A stretch of 64,000 nt of DNA from Tubulanus polymorphus. Its lineage: Eukaryota > Animalia > Nemertea. Where the stretch lies: the NCBI RefSeq assembly GCF_964204645.1, contig NC_134026.1:1263950-1327949 (forward strand), in the 5' to 3' direction. The notes beneath the pieces are model-generated. The model was not told the origin of the DNA, did not search any database, and saw only the letters and a list, made by a program, of their open reading frames with translations. The position numbers and the translations under genes are program-made. Positions 25,801 to 38,567 of the stretch are shown here, piece after piece. Positions within the stretch are counted from its first letter, which is position 1. Every line of letters starts with the position of its first letter.

Positions 25801-28800
25801 GACGAAGGCGAAGCTTTGGATCCCAACTTTGTCGATGAGGTAGGTCTATGATACACCCCCTTATATTAAGAACCTGGAAAACTCAGGGAATTCGTATTGC
25901 TATTGATCACATGTTTTTTTGTGTAATTCGATGAAAAATGAAAACCTAGAAATTTCTCTGATTCGCTCTGATTTTGTGAAATCACATGGAAAACTCAGGG
26001 GATTTGTAAGTGCGTGGAAAGAGACCACCTGAACAGACTGTGGTTGATGCAGTTCTGACAACATTCATAATATTGTTGGTGAACATTTCTTGAGATGAAA
26101 TTGGTGTTATACAAACTTACCGATTTTCTGTTTGCTTTTCAGCTGACAAAAGCAGTCGGAAAAGTCAAAGTACAAAAAACGAAATGTAAATATCTTGAAT
26201 TTCAACCGAAGGAGCCTGACATGGATTATGAAGGTAAAAGATACATTTATTTTGTTCATCAATTCCTGTGGAAATTTTGTTACGTATTCGTGGTCATAAT
26301 ATTCAATGAATGTTAATTTTAGCGTACAACCATCTGATTGAAATCGCTGACTTTCCACCCGGATTCGTGAACAGAGACATTTTAGCGGCTTTTAAAGACT
26401 ACGTGAAAAAAGGTTTTGACATCAAATGGGTCGATGATACACACGCTATAGGGATTTTTTCAAGTTCAATCGCTGGTCAGTATCGTACAGTCTGAATGTG
26501 TGAGATTCTGTTGGGAAGCTTATCCTCGCTCTGATCAGAGAAGTTCATTATAGCGAAACAGCTCTAGTGAACCCAACATAAACGCAGAATTTAACTTCAA
26601 ATATTTTTATCAAATTAATGATCTATTAAGTTATCCCGACTGATATCTATTTTCACGGTAACTACCGGTAATTAGATAAGTAATAGATATTTTCAACTGT
26701 AGCTAGTTAATCAGCTTCCTATCAGAGATAGATGATAGCTCTCTATAGCAGCAGTTGATCATTAACGATCAACTTATTAAATAACTACGGTTCATTTCTG
26801 CAAATGTCTTTGTATCAACGAGTCAATCATTTTCATGTATAGAATTGACAGTAAGAATGCGCAGCGGTTTATTAGTTCTACTATTACGAGTGCGTATTAT
26901 TTCTATCATTCTAGTTATCTCTGACGTGTTTCTGTTATTTCTCTAATCGACGACATTTTCAAAAGCGATATCATCATGGAAAATCAATCGTTATTCATGA
27001 ATATATCTGGTGTGGTGATGACTACGGAAGGAGGGTTTAAACCCCATCGTCGATGTAGATACATTCACCATTCCGACTACAAACCATTTCACGTGAACCT
27101 GTTTCTTCAAGTTATTAATTATATTATTTTTAGCCTTTCCGTTCTCGGCGTTGGAGGAAACCTACTCTCGTTGATAATGCTCAGCAAGGAACCCTCGACA
27201 ATAATATATTTTACTTGAAGTGTTTAGCTTTTTCTGATTTTCTTTTGTGCCTTACGTCAGTCGTGATTGATTTTCAATATGAGCTGTATAGTCACACTCT
27301 CCTATTGGATATGACTGCAAAATTCAACCACGATATGAAGCGAATGTATTCATATACGAGAAATCTTCAAATGATATTCGGAAAATTCGGAGATCTTTTA
27401 ATTCTTTTAATCGCCGTCGACAGATATATCATTGTGTGTTGGCCTCTGAAAGCGGCCAGAGTTATCAACATGAAAAGAAGTTATATCTGTGTCTCTTTAA
27501 TCGCGTTGATATCCGTGGTGAATTTGAGTCGAAATTTCTTTAAGTACTACACGCGTCGTTCTGTTAACCCGTGCACTGGACACGAGAGGTGGACGCAAAA
27601 GTTGACTTCATTCTCGAAGAACATTTATCTGAGATACTACGAGACGTTTTTCGTCGTTCCCGTTTTTATTTTCGTACCTACAGTTGTTCTGGTCGTATTA
27701 ACTATCCGCTTGATTTTCACGTTGCGATCGGCGGAAGCCACGAGAATGTGTCTACGTCTAGTGGTACGGATAAGAGTCTAACGAGAACTCTCATTCTCAT
27801 TTCATGTTTTTATTTGCTGAAAAAAAGTTTCAACGTAAATTCGGGGATAGTTAATTTTGTTGATACTCTACGCGGTTCACTTGGTAAAAACCAGTATATC
27901 TTTTATACGAACGCTTTACAGAGTCTGGTCAGGATAAAGATATCGTCTTGCAATTTCTTCATCTACTGCGGTTCAAGGCAACGCTTTCGTAACAACCTTG
28001 CAGCGACATTCAGCTGTCGATGCATACAGCAATAGTATCTTTAAACATGTTTGTCTTATGCAGGACAAACTAGAGACAGTGATAGATTTACTAGATATAG
28101 TAAATAGGCACTCACTGGAAAAAAACTAACACACAGAATGTGAAAGGAAATCGATAGATTTTAATGTCTTTTTTTAAACTTTTGACTTCATTCACCGACC
28201 AACTCTCCACAATATCAACTTTGTTGTTTAGGCTGGCCTGTACTGCTAAGGGCTGACTTTAATAGATATGGGCGATAACAATTTTTAAAGTGCTAAAAAT
28301 CTTGTCGATTAATCTGCATCAGTGTCATCCACTGCTTGAGCATTCTATACCCAGTGGCATCTTATCACTCATTGATTTACTGTCTCTGTATTCTCTGATT
28401 CCCGTCGCTCCATGTATATGTACATAGAAACTGTTGTTTCTTCTCTGACTGTACTCATTTGCCTGATGTATGAAGCTACTTTAGACGCTAGAAGCAAAAG
28501 CTTGTACTTCAAACGATAATAAATTTAGTAAACTGTTTGTGTGTTTTCATTTACTGATTGGACACCAGGTTCAGACAGCTCCTCTGAAAATTTCCAGTAG
28601 TACGTACTCAAATTGTTGTTATGCACTAAAAGTTTTTCAGCTACATGCATATAGCTGCCTTGCAGCCATATTGAACGATTAATTTCGTACTCTTGCTAAA
28701 ACTCATAATAAAGACAACAATGTTCGGCTATAACGAAATGAGTTGAAATATGCTTGTTGATGCTGGTACATGTTTATGATTAGGGACCATCTAAAATTTC

Positions 28801-30135
28801 CATAGTTCCCTCAATAAGAATAACTGTCTAATTGGTTTTAATCCCCCCTCCCACCCGCCTTTGATTAGACACATGCCAAAGTTGGAACTATTGATTTTCT
28901 AATGAGAAACCACAGACAAAGATAAGACATTCTCACGAGTGTTCGATCACAACTTTTAATTGAAAAATAAATTAGCAAAATTACAAGTGGAAAACCTATT
29001 AAACTTAAATAGACTTTATAAACAAAATAAGATATATCTTAAATACAAACAGCATCAAAAGTGAGACGGTTAAATCTACTGCTTGTAATAAATATATTTG
29101 AAACTGCAATTCAATGTTATCTGTATTGTACCGCAATAAATCGATAGTTCGGCTGTGGTGATGAATCTGCAGGAGGCCTTAACCCCCCCCCCACCCCCTT
29201 CCGCGAGTTATTCTAATTGAAGTAACTAGCGAAATTTTGAGATGCTCCCTTACTGAGTCTTTTCAAACCTTACTCCTATTATCCTGTGCAGTTAGCTCAG
29301 TTGGTTAAGTGGAGGACTGGGAACCAAGAGGTCCCTTGTTCGAATCCACCTCTGGTGTTGGCTGTCGAGACATAGCCCTGACTGTCTCTTAAGCTCCACT
29401 AGGGTTACACTGTAAGCAATTGCAGTTGGAACGTGAAACTCTTCTAAACTCTAATTACTTTTTTCAGCCAAAGATGCTCTTGAAATGAATCACCCGATGC
29501 TGAATGTTTTACCGTTGTCGAAAGCGACGAGGCAAACGAAAATGAAAGCGAAACGTTGTACCGAATTTCTACAGCCATACAAAGCGCGGCCGGAAACGAC
29601 CGCTTTGACCGCTCGTAGAATGGTGACCGGTGCCCTGGGTATCGCTCCGAAAGTATCCAGAGAACTTCGAGATCAGGAACGCAAGAAACTAAAAGAAGCT
29701 AAAGGTAAAAGATTGCGTAGACGGTTGCCCTGAAATTTACAGGAAAATGAAAAATGTTTAAATGATACCTAAACAAGTTTAAATTCATTTTCTCGTTCTC
29801 TTAAACTCAATTTTTTTGTGTAATTGCTATTGGTTACTTCATGTTTTCAATGAGGACAACAATTCGGACTTAACCGTTTTAGGCTTAAACTTTTTCGTGA
29901 AACTAGGTCCAGTATTTCCAAAAATGAATAAATACCGTAATATTTTCCCATGAGCTTTCTTTCGAGATGCCGTTTTAGTTGTAAAATATGAACTATTTCG
30001 AATCAGATCCTTTGAATCTTCATCCATTTCGCTAATAACTTCCTCTGATTTTTAGAAAAGAAGAAATTAGCCGTAAAGCAACGAAACGATGCTTGGGAAG
30101 GAACGATCGGAAATTGTGCAATGGATGAAGTTTAG
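22850..30135 (+). CDS. R3HCC1L: R3HCC1/R3HCC1L-family protein (R3H, two EJC-binding motifs, C-terminal RRM-like/coiled coil); exons 22850-22965, 23207-23347, 23611-23839, 24053-24141, 24270-25839, 26143-26233, 26323-26475, 29468-29704, 30056-30135
   Basis: R3H VLIFPAVDNYHRLLIHRTVEKFPDLKSFSIGQGHQRRTVVC; RRPDQQVYVPRGRR; HLIEIADFP..GFDIKWVDDTHAIGIFSS; RPETTALTARRMVTGALG; DAWEG. All junctions are phase-compatible. The GTG start is inferred. Confidence 0.9.
23741..23835 (+). repeat. 39-bp in-frame coding tandem duplication (SSSPRGCTSPAAGC x2)
   Basis: tcatcaccgagagg.tgtacctcgcctgctgctgggtgtagt repeated. Confidence 0.85.
25264..25342 (+). repeat. 27-bp coding tandem repeat x3 (MNTS[GS]DIV[AV])
   Basis: atgaatactagc.gcgatattgtagca. 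Confidence 0.85.
26976..28035 (+). pseudogene. Intronless class A (peptide-receptor-like) GPCR with two frameshifts, nested in an R3HCC1L intron
   Basis: TM1 GVGGNLLSL, TM2 YLKCLAFSD, TM3 IAVDRYIIVCWPLKA and TM7 SSCNFFIYC are spread over three frames, with shifts at ~27205 and ~27745. Confidence 0.8.
29286..29420 (+). mobile_element. tRNA-derived SINE head / tRNA pseudogene
   Basis: A-box TAGCTCAGTTGG and B-box GTTCGAATCC at tRNA-like spacing; stems degenerate. Confidence 0.6.
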
Positions 30136-31098
30136 AACGAAGAATGTCTTGTGATGTTTACATCTTATTGTGTCGTACGATTTTGTATCGGTCGTCATCC
30201 GGTTTTGTATTATTAAACTAGAGCTATAGATTGTGCCCATCTTGAAACAAACTACGATTTCTTAAAGTTGAAGAAACTTTAATACTGGAAATTCAATACT
30301 GTAGACACTACCTCGTCTAGTAACATACCTTAGCAGATTTTCTACGAAATTTTCTAAGCATATTTACGTATTTTATGATAATTGAGTGTTCTAGTCTGGA
30401 ATTGAAGTTTTATTGTTTTGAAACGAATGACATATTATTGTACTTTGTGTTTACGAATAGATAATTTATTACGGATTTAAGAGGCGGTTGTATTTATACC
30501 CTTATGTAATAAGCAAATGAACGCCTCGATTAAATCTTTTTTCTTATTTTTCATTTTAAAAACTCAATATTATCGAACAGGTAACGGTATGGTAGAACTT
30601 TTGACCCAATAACAGCTGACAACGGGATACAAAACTAAATATCCGAAGTACATGCATTTTTCCGATGGTCCCTGTAGGCAATGTTACAATGCTCCCAACT
30701 GTTTGATTGTCCAAATGTTTATCAGAGCTACCAACTGGGTATTTGTCACAGCAACCTCCAATATTATTAAGCAGAATTCCAGACTCATATATTTCGGTAG
30801 TGGATCAAATATCCAGAATATACCCAATGGTGGCATTATGAATATAATAACACTCATGTACCGTTTAGAATGGTGTGGTTGATAATTCAAATGAATGTAG
30901 TTATTATTTTGTTTTTAATGGTAGAATGTACGTTATCTGATAATAAATGTTGATAGCTAGTGTGAAAATTAAAAGTTTTTTGAATAGTCGAATCAGATCA
31001 ACTGAAGAGATTGTTTTAACTCAGAGGATCTTTGTTGAAAGTCTACTCTATGATTGCAGAAAAATCCACAATTAGAAAAACTATGAAAATTAACTATT

Positions 31099-31270
31099 CT
31101 AGCTGCTACACGTATCACCGGTAAACTATCTGCTACAAGTATCACTGGTAACCTAGCTGCTACACGTATCACTGGTAACCTAGCTGCTACACGTATCACC
31201 GGTAAACTATCTGCTACAAGTATCACTGGTAACCTAGCTGCTACACATATCACTGGTAACCTAGCTGCTT
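31099..31270. repeat. 27-bp minisatellite, ~6 copies
   Basis: cta(g/t)ctgctaca(c/a)gtatcac(t/c)ggtaa(c/a). Confidence 0.9.
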
Positions 31271-31560
31271 CCCTCCGTGTGTGGGGGGTTTTCTCAATCT
31301 ACGGTATGATGTTTCCACGTGGCAGGGTCTTGTGCATTATTGAAGTATCCAAATAAGTTAAGAGTAAGGATTAAAAGTGAAAATATTGACGGAAACTAAG
31401 ACTAGTGAACTGTGTACAATGTACTACATAACAGCGTGCATAATCTTATTTGGAGTGCTCTTAATAGTATCCTTAAGATTTTTTCTCCGAAAGAAAGGAA
31501 GAATAAGATTCAGAAATATTTGATTCTATCAGAATTTATTGAGGGTCCCCCTATAAACTG

Positions 31561-34500
31561 CTAAGATACAGGATCATCGGGTAACTGATTTAAAACATAA
31601 TTCATATGACCATGAATAACGGCATTCAAATCCGAGGTCATTGTCATTAAACTTCGAAAATTGTCTTTATTTGATAAGACACCGGTAGGACGAGCCATCA
31701 CGTCTGATAATACTTTGTATATATGATTAATCTTCTGATACACATCGACCCTGAGTGGAAACGATAACGTTTTACAATACGTCACAAACGCCGATAACCA
31801 ATTGTAATATTCTTGACTAGAAAACTGAGGATTTTCGATGTAGTTCGAATCAATGATCGCGTTATGATCAGTTTTACACAGCTGAGAATTTGCCGCCTCT
31901 AAACCCTGAGAACGTAAAGAGTTCTCTGGCTCGCACGCGTCGGCTAGCAAGCTTAACGTTCCTCGCTCGAAACATTTACTACTAGATACGACGCCATTAT
32001 TCGAGCAAGCGCCCGTATCGTAAGAATGCTGAGAAATCGATTCGTTTGATGGTATATCAACATCATTTACAGATTCAACCGGTCGGACGGTTGAATTATT
32101 AGTATTTACGGGTGAAATATCCGAATAGATTTGTTCATTCTCATCCGTCAAACATGTAGCAGTCTCTTCTATAATCCGTGAACAGCTAGTACCGGTCTCA
32201 TCAACGCAGTTATTATCCGGTAAACAGGTTATAAATCCTAAATCCGATAACTGTTCATCGTGTTCGTCATTCAGCCCTTCGGTAGGCGTCTCTTCACCTA
32301 ATAGCGATATAGGTTGAGCCTGATCATGCTCTAAATCGATCGTACCTAGTCTAACTTGCTCGGCGATCCGAGACGCGTCCTCCGTATCGGGTATCGTTAT
32401 GATGTGTATATTTATACCGGTTTCGTCACTGTTCTCAATTTGCCGAGCTTCTCGTAGTTGTACGAGAACTCGTTGTATTTGATCCTGAACGTTCTGAATG
32501 TCGATCGCGTCCTGATTATTTTCGTTGACTGCCCGGTGAACGGTCGATCGTATCGACTGATTATCACCGGTACAACACTCGTGAGTTTCTAATCGAGCTA
32601 TTTGAGTGAAACGACCGCCGCACGTTTCGCAAGCGAATCCTTTCTCGTCCGTGTGATTGCGTAAATGTCGTCTGCAACTCGACCGATCGTTAAAACGCAG
32701 ATTACAAACTGAACACTGGTACGGCCTCGTCCCTGCGAGTAGAAAAACACCAAAATTGATTTATTTGTTCTGAATTTTGTTTAGCTCATGGTGAAAAGGT
32801 ATCATCTCAGGATTTGTTTTACCTCTATGTATAATAGCGTGTCTGTTCAAGTCCGACCGATATCCAAATACTTTACTACATAATTCACACGAGAAACGTT
32901 TTTCACCTGAAACGAACGAATGAAAATACGGATCAATAATCAATGAGATAATGAAAGAAATGTTTGTAGGTTAAATTTAGAAACCTATTTTAAACTTTTT
33001 CTAGTCTCACATACAATAGATATAGAAGGTCATTCATTTATTATTCAGTGCATGAATTTTTCTGTCTTCTGCCCCCATTTAAACAGTACGTTCATATTCC
33101 TGTCTCCTGCGTAGTAAATCAATCTGAAAACTTTGCCTATTCAGGGTCCGATCTAAGCACTTGATCGATTGCCAGGGACAAGTATATTCTCATCAGGGCA
33201 AGTAGGTAATCATTATCACCCGTCCGCCGGGCTAGTCCAATTTTTTATGCCACAAAGCTTTTTTTTTTCCCTACTCGATACAACGGATGATAGTGCCACC
33301 AATCCGTTTGCCTGTGTAGGGCAAGTAGCTTTTGAAGGCGGCAAGTGAAATATCAGATATGCTTGCCCCCCGGGCAAGTGGCTTTCATTCCTTAGATCGA
33401 ACCCTGCTATTGATGAAACAGCTAATATACCTGTATGGGTTCGTATATGAGATCTAAGATACGCAGGCTGCGCGAATTTCCTATCGCAAATATTACACGA
33501 ATATTTCTTTTCGCCGCTGTGTAAAACCATGTGACGACTGAGACAACTGATCTGACGGAAATGTCGGTTACAAACAGAACACGCGTACAGTTTAGTATCC
33601 GAATGCCTCGAACGATGTTCCTTCAACGCGTGATTCGTCGTGAAACCTCGTCGACAGATTTCACAAGAGAACGGTTTTATACCTGAAATACATTCACATC
33701 GATGAGTCGAGAAGATACACAATATTCACGTATGATGAATAATAAACATTTGAGCAATGCTTCGGATAAACTATTAGCCGTCATTAGGCGTATTGCTGAT
33801 CGCTAAATACTCTTTAGTTGAAACATTGCTCCCATATCCAAGAACTTTACATGTTTGGATGAAGTATTGCTGGATTTTCCTTGTACATTCGCATTGAACG
33901 TTCAAGTTAAGGTATATGTTCTTAAAACAAGAGACCTCGCTTAATTCGGATCATTTAGGACCAACGAAATTCATCAGGTTTATAGGAGACCGGATTAAAC
34001 CTCATTTCGGTGGACCACGAAGATCAGAATCCATATTGCAGTAAGCTGATCCGGATTAAAGCAAGATCTCCACACTGTACATAGAATATATTCAATCATT
34101 CATTCATAAATCTTTTTTTCTTCCTGTATCAAATTACCTTGATGCGCTAACTTATGTTTTTCACAGGTTTCCTTAGTTCTAAATGATTTCTTACAATCGT
34201 GGAAGTCACATGTATATGGTTTTTTGTCGGTGTGTGTCAGAAGGTGCTGTTTGAAATTACCTGAAAATTCATATATTTCTTGGTCACATGGCCCAGTTCC
34301 ACAGTTGTGAGTTAGAGTAAACTCTGAGTTAAAGTTAGTTCATTTTCAATGTTTTAACTCGGAGTCAAATCTTAACTCACGACTGCGGAACTGGGCCCAG
34401 GGTTCTTAATGATCAAGGAAAATTCTGACTACTTTCTTGAGAAGTCAGGGAATTTGAATTTATAGTCCGATGCTGGTTGATAGTGGTACAAGGAACCTTT

Positions 34501-35593
34501 TGGGAAGAAACAGCCCCCACTAGGGATATCTTATCATATAATTCGATAAAGGAATTCTTGGTGAAGGGTCAGAGTTTTTATGATACCCGTAAGTACCCTG
34601 AAAAATATGACGGTAAACATCAATGACATTCCGTAATTCTTATGAAATTATCAAACCTTTCATTGAAAACTTTTTCAAACAGACGTGACATTCATGCCAT
34701 TTATCGGCTTCACCGGCCTTTTCTTGACCTTTACACGGACGTCCCCTCTTTGCAGACAGAAGATTATTGACTACACCTAAATATATACAAAACCGCAATA
34801 AACAATAAGGATAGGCTTACTAACGCATAATCAATAGATTGATATGAAAAACATATTTTCTACCTGGACTAAGTTTGAGTATCTTCTCAGTAATGTTTTT
34901 CTCTTTGGTTTTTGATGCTGTAAAGGCATCAGTTGGATCACTGAATTTATCATTCTCTGATTTATTGCAACCTTAAAATGGAAAAAGAAGTCATACAAGG
35001 AATGAAGCTATTCCCACCTCTTCATTTGCCATTCAGTTTTATAGACTGGTGTCAATTTCAACATGGGCTAACTCAAAGTCAATTGACCTCCCCTTTGCTT
35101 GGTTTAAGTTAACCACAGAGGCCAGTTTCACCAAGCAAAATCATGATCAGCTACTTATAGCAACCTTCTGATTTCTATTTGTTTCAAAAATGTCATTTGT
35201 ATGAAACCGGCGCAAGTCTATATTAAAATCAGACCCAGGGATATGTTCTATATTTTGTGATACAAGAAGGAATTGATTTCTCTTACCATAATTTGTCGTG
35301 TTTGGACTTGAACTGTTAAATTCTTCTTGTGGAATATAATCATCTCCATCGTCATCAACGAGTTCATCTTCTTTCATTGATAAAGTGTTTTCATAATCCC
35401 TAAAAACAAGTGAACACAAACTGTTACCACAGATGTCGAGGTCGAGGAGTCCGCGAGAATAAAAACCGAGGTCGAGGTCGAGGAGGAGGACGCCGAGAAA
35501 GAATGCAGAAACTGCTGAGTTTTACCTAAACTTACGAGGCATCGTTCGAACTCTCGCTGGAACTCTACTTGATCTATATTTGCAGTCATCCAT
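31561..35593 (-). CDS. C2H2 zinc-finger protein (~8 fingers, AT-hook-like KRGRP); exons 35593-35526, 35399-35287, 34971-34864, 34776-34657, 34260-34138, 33682-33431, 32906-32823, 32732-31561
   Basis: Repeated CxxC..HxxxH with HTDKKPY/HSGEKKY/HTGEKRF linkers; phase-consistent GT-AG introns; minus-strand AATAAA at 31535-31540. Confidence 0.85.
33142..33406. mobile_element. MITE family B, copy 2
   Basis: cagggtccgatctaag ... cttagatcgaaccctg; reverse-complement homolog of 11081-11337. Confidence 0.85.
34289..34400. mobile_element. MITE family A, copy 2
   Basis: ggcccagttccacagt ... actgcggaactgggcc. Confidence 0.75.
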
Positions 35594-36087
35594 TTAAACT
35601 TCATTATTTTCCATCAACGACACTCAATTTATCAAACGAGCCTCTAGTAAAACAACTCACTGGGAAAATCTATTTTTGACATAAACCAGGAAGTAATGTA
35701 ATGATTAATTCACAGTCTTCACAGCTCCTAGAATATTCCCATTAGCTTCGAATCCCATTTTTGTATGATTCATTCATTACTCGACGGGTCGGAAATGGGC
35801 TGCGCGGCCCAATTCTTTTCGTTCTTATGCATATACGTTATTCCGCACCCCGGGGATTTGGCGATAAATAAATATTTGTTTTGTAGGAACAAAATCATTT
35901 TTCATTGTAGGAAATTCCCCTGAGACCCTTGAATCCATGGAGGTGGTCAAACACCCGGTGCCGCGGATGATTTGCCCACCCCTGTACATCCTCTATTCAT
36001 TATCAAGACCACTCTGAACCAGTATCAGTAATTACTGAGTTTGAACCCGGGACACCCCTGTACATCGTCTATTCACCATCAGGACTA

Positions 36088-36431
36088 AGGCGTTTTTACG
36101 AGCATCCGATTTTTGCGATCGATTTCGTGAACGATTTGCTCCGATCGTACGATCAAATCGAATGTTCGTAAAAATGACGATGGATTTGGCTAATCACATG
36201 ACATAAATATGGCGACGTTGAGGAAAAAAATGTATGGTTTTGAACTACCCGGTGCCGCCATCTTGGAAATCAAATCGCCAAATCGCTCGCCGAGCGAGTT
36301 GGTCGATTTCAAAAATCGATCGGAAAATCGTGTTCGTAAAAACGCCGATCGTGAAATCGATCGCAAAAATCGGTGCTCGTAAATGCGTTCCTACGATCGA
36401 TCGCAAAAATCGGATGCTCGTAAAAACGCCT
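36088..36431. mobile_element. 344-bp MITE with ~35-bp TIRs and 3-bp TSD (CTA), PIF/Harbinger-like
   Basis: cta|aggcgtttttacgagcatccgatttttgcgatcgat ... atcgatcgcaaaaatcggatgctcgtaaaaacgcct|cta. Confidence 0.85.
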
Positions 36432-36472
36432 CTACTCTGAATCAGTGTCAGTTTTGTTATGACATTTTACCG

Positions 36473-36631
36473 TACGGTGCTGCCGCTATGCTCATCGTTA
36501 GCGGGATTTTCATACACTAACGAAAGTAATCTCTGGCAAGCAAGGGTTAATGACAGCAACTCGATTGCCAGAGTTGAGTTGCGTTAGTGTATGAAAATTC
36601 CGCTAACGATGAGCATAGCGGCAGCACCGTA
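36473..36631. mobile_element. ~160-bp fold-back MITE flanked by TA
   Basis: tacggtgctgccgctatgctcatcgttagcgg ... ccgctaacgatgagcatagcggcagcaccgta; ~50-bp near-perfect arms. Confidence 0.85.
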
Positions 36632-38567
36632 GGGCTGGATACACTTTTACATCCTCTATTCAGAGCATCCCCAGGACCACTCAGGCTCAGAATCACCATC
36701 AGTAATTACTGGGTTTGAACCCGGGACACCCCTGTAGATCCTCTATTCAGTATCAGGACCACTATGAACCAGTATCAGTAATTACTGGGTTTGAACCCGG
36801 TACACCCCTGTAAGTCCTCTATTCAGCATCAGGACAACTCTGGATCAGTGTCAGTAATTACTGGGTTCGAACCTGGAACACCCCTGTACATCCTCCTGTC
36901 TATTCAGTATCGACCACTATGAACCAGTATCAGTAATTACTGGGTTTGAACCCGGGACACCCCTGTAGATCCTCTATTCAGTATCAGGACCACTATGAAC
37001 CTGTATCAGTAATTACTGGGTTTGAACCCGGTACACCCCTGTACATCCTCTATTAAGCCAGCAGACTGCCACTGGAGTCGTCACCCGAGTAGCATTCTTA
37101 AAATCGTGTAGCATTCTTGTAAGAATGACAAAAATCAGTCGGCCCCGGGTTCAATATCTGGGGGTAGGGTGGCAATCTCCATGTTGGAGTTGTCTGGGGG
37201 GTTATCATTGTGGGAGCAATTGGTTGGGGTCAGTTAATCTTTTGGGATGATTTGCATCTAGTCATATCTTCCACTCAGTCCAATTTTTTCAACGTATTCA
37301 TCGGTCTGTTCATCAGTCCGCGTTTTTATCACACGTTTGGTATGTTTCATTCTGTTTGTAGAAAATTACACGTATTTTCATCCATTAAGATTATTGCTAT
37401 GCATGAAAATGTCCACAGCCAATCAGAGGAGGGGGTTATGATTGGCTTATCTCACTGTTTGTAAATCTCACGTTAGAATCCTCTCTTTCATCAATCTCAC
37501 ACAAAGAACAAAATTCACACAAAACAGATTTTATTCATTTAAAGAATTTAACAACATCAAGTTAAAACTTGAGAAGGCCAAAACATGTTACTACTAATTG
37601 TATGAAAGAATATTCTTAGAGAATTCATTCGATTTATTTGCGAAAAAATGATGACTGATACATATAACATATAGTCAATAAATTAGAACTATCTTAATAA
37701 TAATGTTATCCATTATTCATCATTTTTATATTCATTCGTTAGATTTTAAAGATACATAGAGTAATTCAATATCTTCATTAAAAACATAATCAATTTTCTG
37801 TTTTGCCCTTTGGCTCTGAAACAAAATTAAATGAGTCCCTAGATGAAATCTATCAATTTCAGAGCTCTAAGAGATAACAAAACTTGGTAGAATTGCAATT
37901 GTAGGACAATCGCTTTTATGATATACATTTCCAATCACTAATGATTCATACACAATTCTCTTGTGATCAAAAATATCCCTCCCGATATGTTCACCCAAAA
38001 TATTCACCCATTCACAATACTATATTTACTCATTATCAATAAATACCTCATGATAGAACAACAAAATCCAGTTCAACACCTTAAAAGAGATTTAATGGAA
38101 CACAAGACATTGTCTTGTTTACTGAACAGAGGCGCAATGGTGAATTTTTAACAAATCATTTCTCATATCAGGTAGGTGGGTCGACTCCATAACCCCCGCT
38201 CATATAGAGATTAATTGTCCGATTTATTTCTGATGTTGTTAGAACGAGGTTCGACTGAATGCATTTGGGAGCCTAAAAATTATGTTCAAATTAAGCCATC
38301 TGGTGGCATAGCTAGCGCGTGTGTACAGTTCCCCAGGGCGGATCTAGGAAAATTGGAAGGCTGCCTGGATCCAACAGAAAACAAAAAGCATTTCTCAGAT
38401 GAAGCAGCCGTGTCAATGGTCACTAGTTGGATCCCAACCTCAGTATTTGATATTTTTGAATAAATGAACCCCGAAAGATTGTCAGTTTAAACAATCTTTG
38501 TCTTGACGGAAAGGGCAACCTCAGCGTAAAGGCAAGGGTCCGCACCCCCGCATTAAACCGATAATAT

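Larger units (their letters stand above)
35977..37055. repeat. 76-bp tandem array with B-box-like motif, interrupted by two inverted-repeat elements
   Basis: cacccctg recurs at 35977, 36053, 36727, 36803, 36879, 36958, 37034. Confidence 0.9.

Noticed and set aside
29286-29360. Functional tRNA gene
   Set aside because: A and B boxes are present but acceptor and anticodon stems do not pair; treated as a SINE head or pseudogene.
30993-31253. 86-aa repetitive ORF
   Set aside because: Translation of the 27-bp minisatellite.
33216-33430. C-terminal extension of the zinc-finger ORF
   Set aside because: Read-through past the donor at 33430 into MITE family B.
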